Part shown: positions 60,404 to 62,498 of the stretch, piece by piece
Layout of the letters: each line of letters begins with the position of its first letter
How positions within the stretch are numbered: position 1 is the stretch's first letter
NCBI GenBank assembly: GCA_964359095.1
Contig: CAYHRJ010000001.1
Location: 1-62,498 of the forward strand
Reading direction: 5' to 3'
Source of the DNA: an uncultured Gammaproteobacteria bacterium
Lineage (GTDB): Bacteria; Patescibacteriota; Patescibacteriia; UBA9934; GWF2-40-263
DNA: 62,498 bases
The notes under the pieces: generated by a model
The model's database searches: none
Told to the model about the DNA's origin: nothing
What the model saw: only the letters and a program-made list of their open reading frames with translations
Made by a program: the position numbers and the translations under genes

Positions 60404-60997
60404 TCAAATTATCTGAGCAGATGCAAACTCCCAGTTCACATCCTCCCAAAAACCTTTGATGAAGCTGGCGCGGTCGTTTTTGTGGTCGAGATAGTAGGCG
60501 TGTTCCCAAACGTCCAGAGTCAAGACAGGACGAAACTCTGTGCCGACGGGAGTTTCAGCATCGTGATAGTCTTTCACAATGAGTTTGCCAGCCGCATCTT
60601 GGACAAGCCATGCCCAGCCGGAACCGAAGTGCGCGGTGGCCGCCGCAGTGAACTGTTCACGAAAGGCATCGAGAGATTGGAAATCGCGGGCGATGAGCTC
60701 GAAGAGTTTTGGAGCGTTGGGGGTTGGAGCGTTGGGGGTCAAGCAATTCCAAAAAAAGCTGTGATTAAAGTGCTGTGCCGCGAGGTTGAACACTTTTTGG
60801 TTTCGAACGCGCGAGCTGCTAATCACCTCCTCAAGACTCTGGTTCACAAACTCCGTTCCGAGAACGGCGTCATTTAACTTACTCACATAGCCAGCATGAT
60901 GCTTGCCATAATGAAACTCAAGCGTCTGCACGCTGATCCAGGGAGCCAGACTATCTTTTGCAAATGGAAGGTCTGGAAGAGTAAACATAGGGTTCAC
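60404..60997 (-). CDS. sod: Fe/Mn superoxide dismutase
   Basis: HHGKHH-type N-terminal motif (FHYGKHHAGY) and the DVWEHAYYL signature. Confidence 0.93.
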   Translation of the reverse strand: MNPMFTLPDLPFAKDSLAPWISVQTLEFHYGKHHAGYVSKLNDAVLGTEFVNQSLEEVISSSRVRNQKVFNLAAQHFNHSFFWNCLTPNAPTPNAPKLFELIARDFQSLDAFREQFTAAATAHFGSGWAWLVQDAAGKLIVKDYHDAETPVGTEFRPVLTLDVWEHAYYLDHKNDRASFIKGFWEDVNWEFASAQII

Positions 60998-61032
60998 GAT
61001 TTTATTGATATCAGCTACAGTGTATCAAACCT

Positions 61033-61446
61033 ATGACGTTTACCAGAGCCTTCTATGCGATCCTTGTGGTCGTGCTGTTCCACATCGTGTTTCTTTTTAC
61101 AGACGCCTATTTTTTGATTCAAGGAATCGACGATCCGATGCATTTCGCTGGTGGGTTTGTCATGGCCATGCTGGGACTCGCTGTCCACCGATTTGAAATC
61201 ACACGCTCACACACGAAGCACGTTTCCGTTTGGTATCGGTATTTATTTGTCATTGGGTTCACGATCCTCATCGCAGTGCTCTGGGAATTTCACGAGTACG
61301 TCCTCGACAACACACTCGCCATCTGGCTGGACTGGCCGCGCTCACAAGTCTCATTACAAGACACGATGTCGGATCTGCTCTTAGGACTGCTGGGCGGAAC
61401 GATGGCATTTATATTATTCAGAAAACAATCGTTACATCAGGGTTGA
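61033..61446 (+). CDS. Small integral membrane protein, unknown function
   Basis: 137 aa with 4 hydrophobic helices. Confidence 0.55.
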   Translation: MTFTRAFYAILVVVLFHIVFLFTDAYFLIQGIDDPMHFAGGFVMAMLGLAVHRFEITRSHTKHVSVWYRYLFVIGFTILIAVLWEFHEYVLDNTLAIWLDWPRSQVSLQDTMSDLLLGLLGGTMAFILFRKQSLHQG

Positions 61447-61568
61447 CCCCATGGCCTAGAGCGGAAAACGTGAAAATTATCAGGGTTGCCTTTCCGTCCG
61501 GTATCATGACGCTCATCTTGCTCGAATGCTTGATGCTTTGTATCATGCGATCGGCAATGACCTCCTAT

Positions 61569-61642
61569 AGGGGAGTAGTGAAGCGGTATCACGACTCTCT
61601 CCAAAAGAGTTATCCCGGGTTCGATCCCCGGCTCCCCTGCCA
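61569..61642 (+). tRNA. tRNA-Trp (anticodon CCA), CCA end encoded
   Basis: Acceptor aggggag/ctcccct, discriminator G, anticodon loop cTCCAaa and T arm ccggg-ttcgatc-cccgg. Confidence 0.88.
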
Positions 61643-61668
61643 CGTCGGTCGCGACCGACGTGGCCTGC
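61637..61668. repeat. PE-B palindrome overlapping the 3' end of tRNA-Trp; left copy of a 32-bp direct repeat
   Basis: ctgccacgtcggtcgcgaccgacgtggcctgc is identical to 62467-62498. The 26-nt perfect palindrome gccacg...cgtggc is at 61639-61664. Confidence 0.9.
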
Positions 61669-61937
61669 CACTCAGTTCGAGTAGTGGGCCTAAAGGTCGT
61701 GCCAGCGTGACAATAGAAAAGCGTCCTCTGTAGGACGTTTTTCTATTTCTGGTGTAGCGACGTGGCCTGCCACTCATGTTAAACTGAGTGATAAATCACG
61801 TCGTTTGTGGGCGACGTTTGTTTATGTGGTATTTTTACATTCTCCAAAGTCAAAAGAACCGTGATAGAGTGAACTCAAGATTCAAGATCTGACCATGGCA
61901 TGCAATTAGGAGCAAACTTCTTAATCCAATTTCTGTT

Positions 61938-62231
61938 CGAAAAAAGAAACAACCCGTAGAACCGAGAGCAGGTTTGCTTCTTCGTTCTACGGGCTCGCAG
62001 CGACTGTGTCGCTAGATAAAGGGAAGGTGTGGTTTGCCAGAGTCCGGGCTCTTTTACCCGAGACTCTGGCAAACCTCGAATGAAGGTTGGCGGACCTTCA
62101 CCCTATTCCACACCCGTCTGGACGGGTCACCAATGCGGAAAATCTGTTTGCTGTGACCGGCTGGTGCTTTACGCATTCTGGCGCCGCCTGCCCACCCGGC
62201 CGATTTTCTTCCACAAACACACAGATTCCAG
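61938..62231 (-). ncRNA. Candidate noncoding transcript (about 294 nt, hairpin-dense), class unresolved
   Basis: On the minus strand: TTGACA (62266-62261), 17 nt, TATCTT (62243-62238). A strong terminator cccgtagaac-N21-gttctacggg plus a T-run lies at 61993-61940. There is no credible ORF. Confidence 0.3.
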
Positions 62232-62341
62232 AAAAGCAAGATAATACTCTTGTAGGTTTTTGTCAAGTCTTTGCATAGCAATGTCCTTGCATATCAAACG
62301 AAAAGGTTTGAAAATCGATGTTTTGGTGAATGAAAAGAGTT

Positions 62342-62498
62342 CTAACCTTCAAAGGCTTCAACGACCTCAAGACGAAGTTCGCGGAGCTGGCCAAGACCTG
62401 GAATGGTTTCGTCCGCCCTCTTTAGAGATTCATCGCGACCAAAGTTCGCACGTCGCTTGCGAAGGCCTGCCACGTCGGTCGCGACCGACGTGGCCTGC
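62342..62498 (-). CDS. 3' end of an unidentified ORF entering from the right window edge
   Basis: The frame is open from the window edge to a TAG at 62344-62342 (...GLRKRRANFGRDESLKRADETIPGLGQLRELRLEVVEAFEG). It would read through a PE-B palindrome. The family was not recognised. Confidence 0.3.
   Translation of the reverse strand, partial: QATSVATDVAGLRKRRANFGRDESLKRADETIPGLGQLRELRLEVVEAFEG
62467..62498. repeat. PE-B palindrome; right copy of the 32-bp direct repeat (truncated by the window end)
   Basis: Identical to 61637-61668. Confidence 0.9.

Noticed and set aside
61938-62231. RNase P RNA or glmS-like assignment for the second noncoding unit
   Set aside because: The resemblances are short (GAAAATCGGCCGGG, GGGCAGGCGGCGCCAG, AGGGTGAAGG). 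The unit folds as a chain of strong local hairpins instead of the long-range P1/P2/P4 architecture. No glmS gene lies downstream.

Overview
This is a 62.5-kb chromosomal window that looks like it comes from a small-genome, uncultivated bacterium. The CPR/Patescibacteria-like assignment is an inference from gene content and many short orphan ORFs, not a database result. The standard genetic code fits, and GC appears to be around 50% by eye.

I call about 68 CDS, 57 of them on the minus strand, and six tRNAs, all on the plus strand: Gln-CTG, Gln-TTG, Gly-CCC, Thr-CGT, Lys-TTT and Trp-CCA.

Core content:
- lepA (partial) and a PLP Cys/Met-metabolism enzyme.
- A beta-CASP MBL nuclease, a split VKOR plus thioredoxin pair, a Dus enzyme and a RimK-like ATP-grasp protein.
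- dnaX, a VirD4/TraD-like ATPase and cysS.
- An ECF sigma module.
- A fragmented dcw/peptidoglycan set: mraZ-rsmH-ftsL-like, murE-murD and mraY-ftsW-murG.
- A nucleotide-excision-repair supercluster: uvrC, uvrA, uvrB.
- Copper-handling genes, NMNAT, murI, ftsEX and a P-type ATPase.
- rpmA, rplI, pyrG, pgi, an RRM protein, an ABC exporter and Fe/Mn SOD.

I found no rRNA, CRISPR array, transposase, integrase or reverse transcriptase.

The most unusual property is the density of palindromic repeat families:
- A 91-bp palindromic element occurs intergenically and also in-frame inside dnaX and uvrC, in the manner of Rickettsia palindromic elements.
- A family of perfect 20-26-bp palindromes is centred on TCGCGA. 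The arms covary, and each core is bracketed by 5-8-bp direct repeats.
- A 458-bp GIY-YIG nuclease cassette bounded by terminal inverted repeats is present as an exact tandem pair.
- TAGG-rich intercistronic hairpins share an exact 18-mer.
- Two long imperfect hairpins of 127-163 nt are present.

Other points:
- Two noncoding units delimited by promoter-like and terminator sequences (about 365 nt and 294 nt) are candidate structured RNAs of unresolved class.
- A RelE/YafQ-DinJ toxin-antitoxin cassette sits between repeat copies, and its toxin is frameshifted in an A7 run.
- Repeat elements overlap or abut the encoded CCA ends of several tRNAs.

All functional calls rest on motifs read from the supplied translations and the raw sequence. 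No searches were run.
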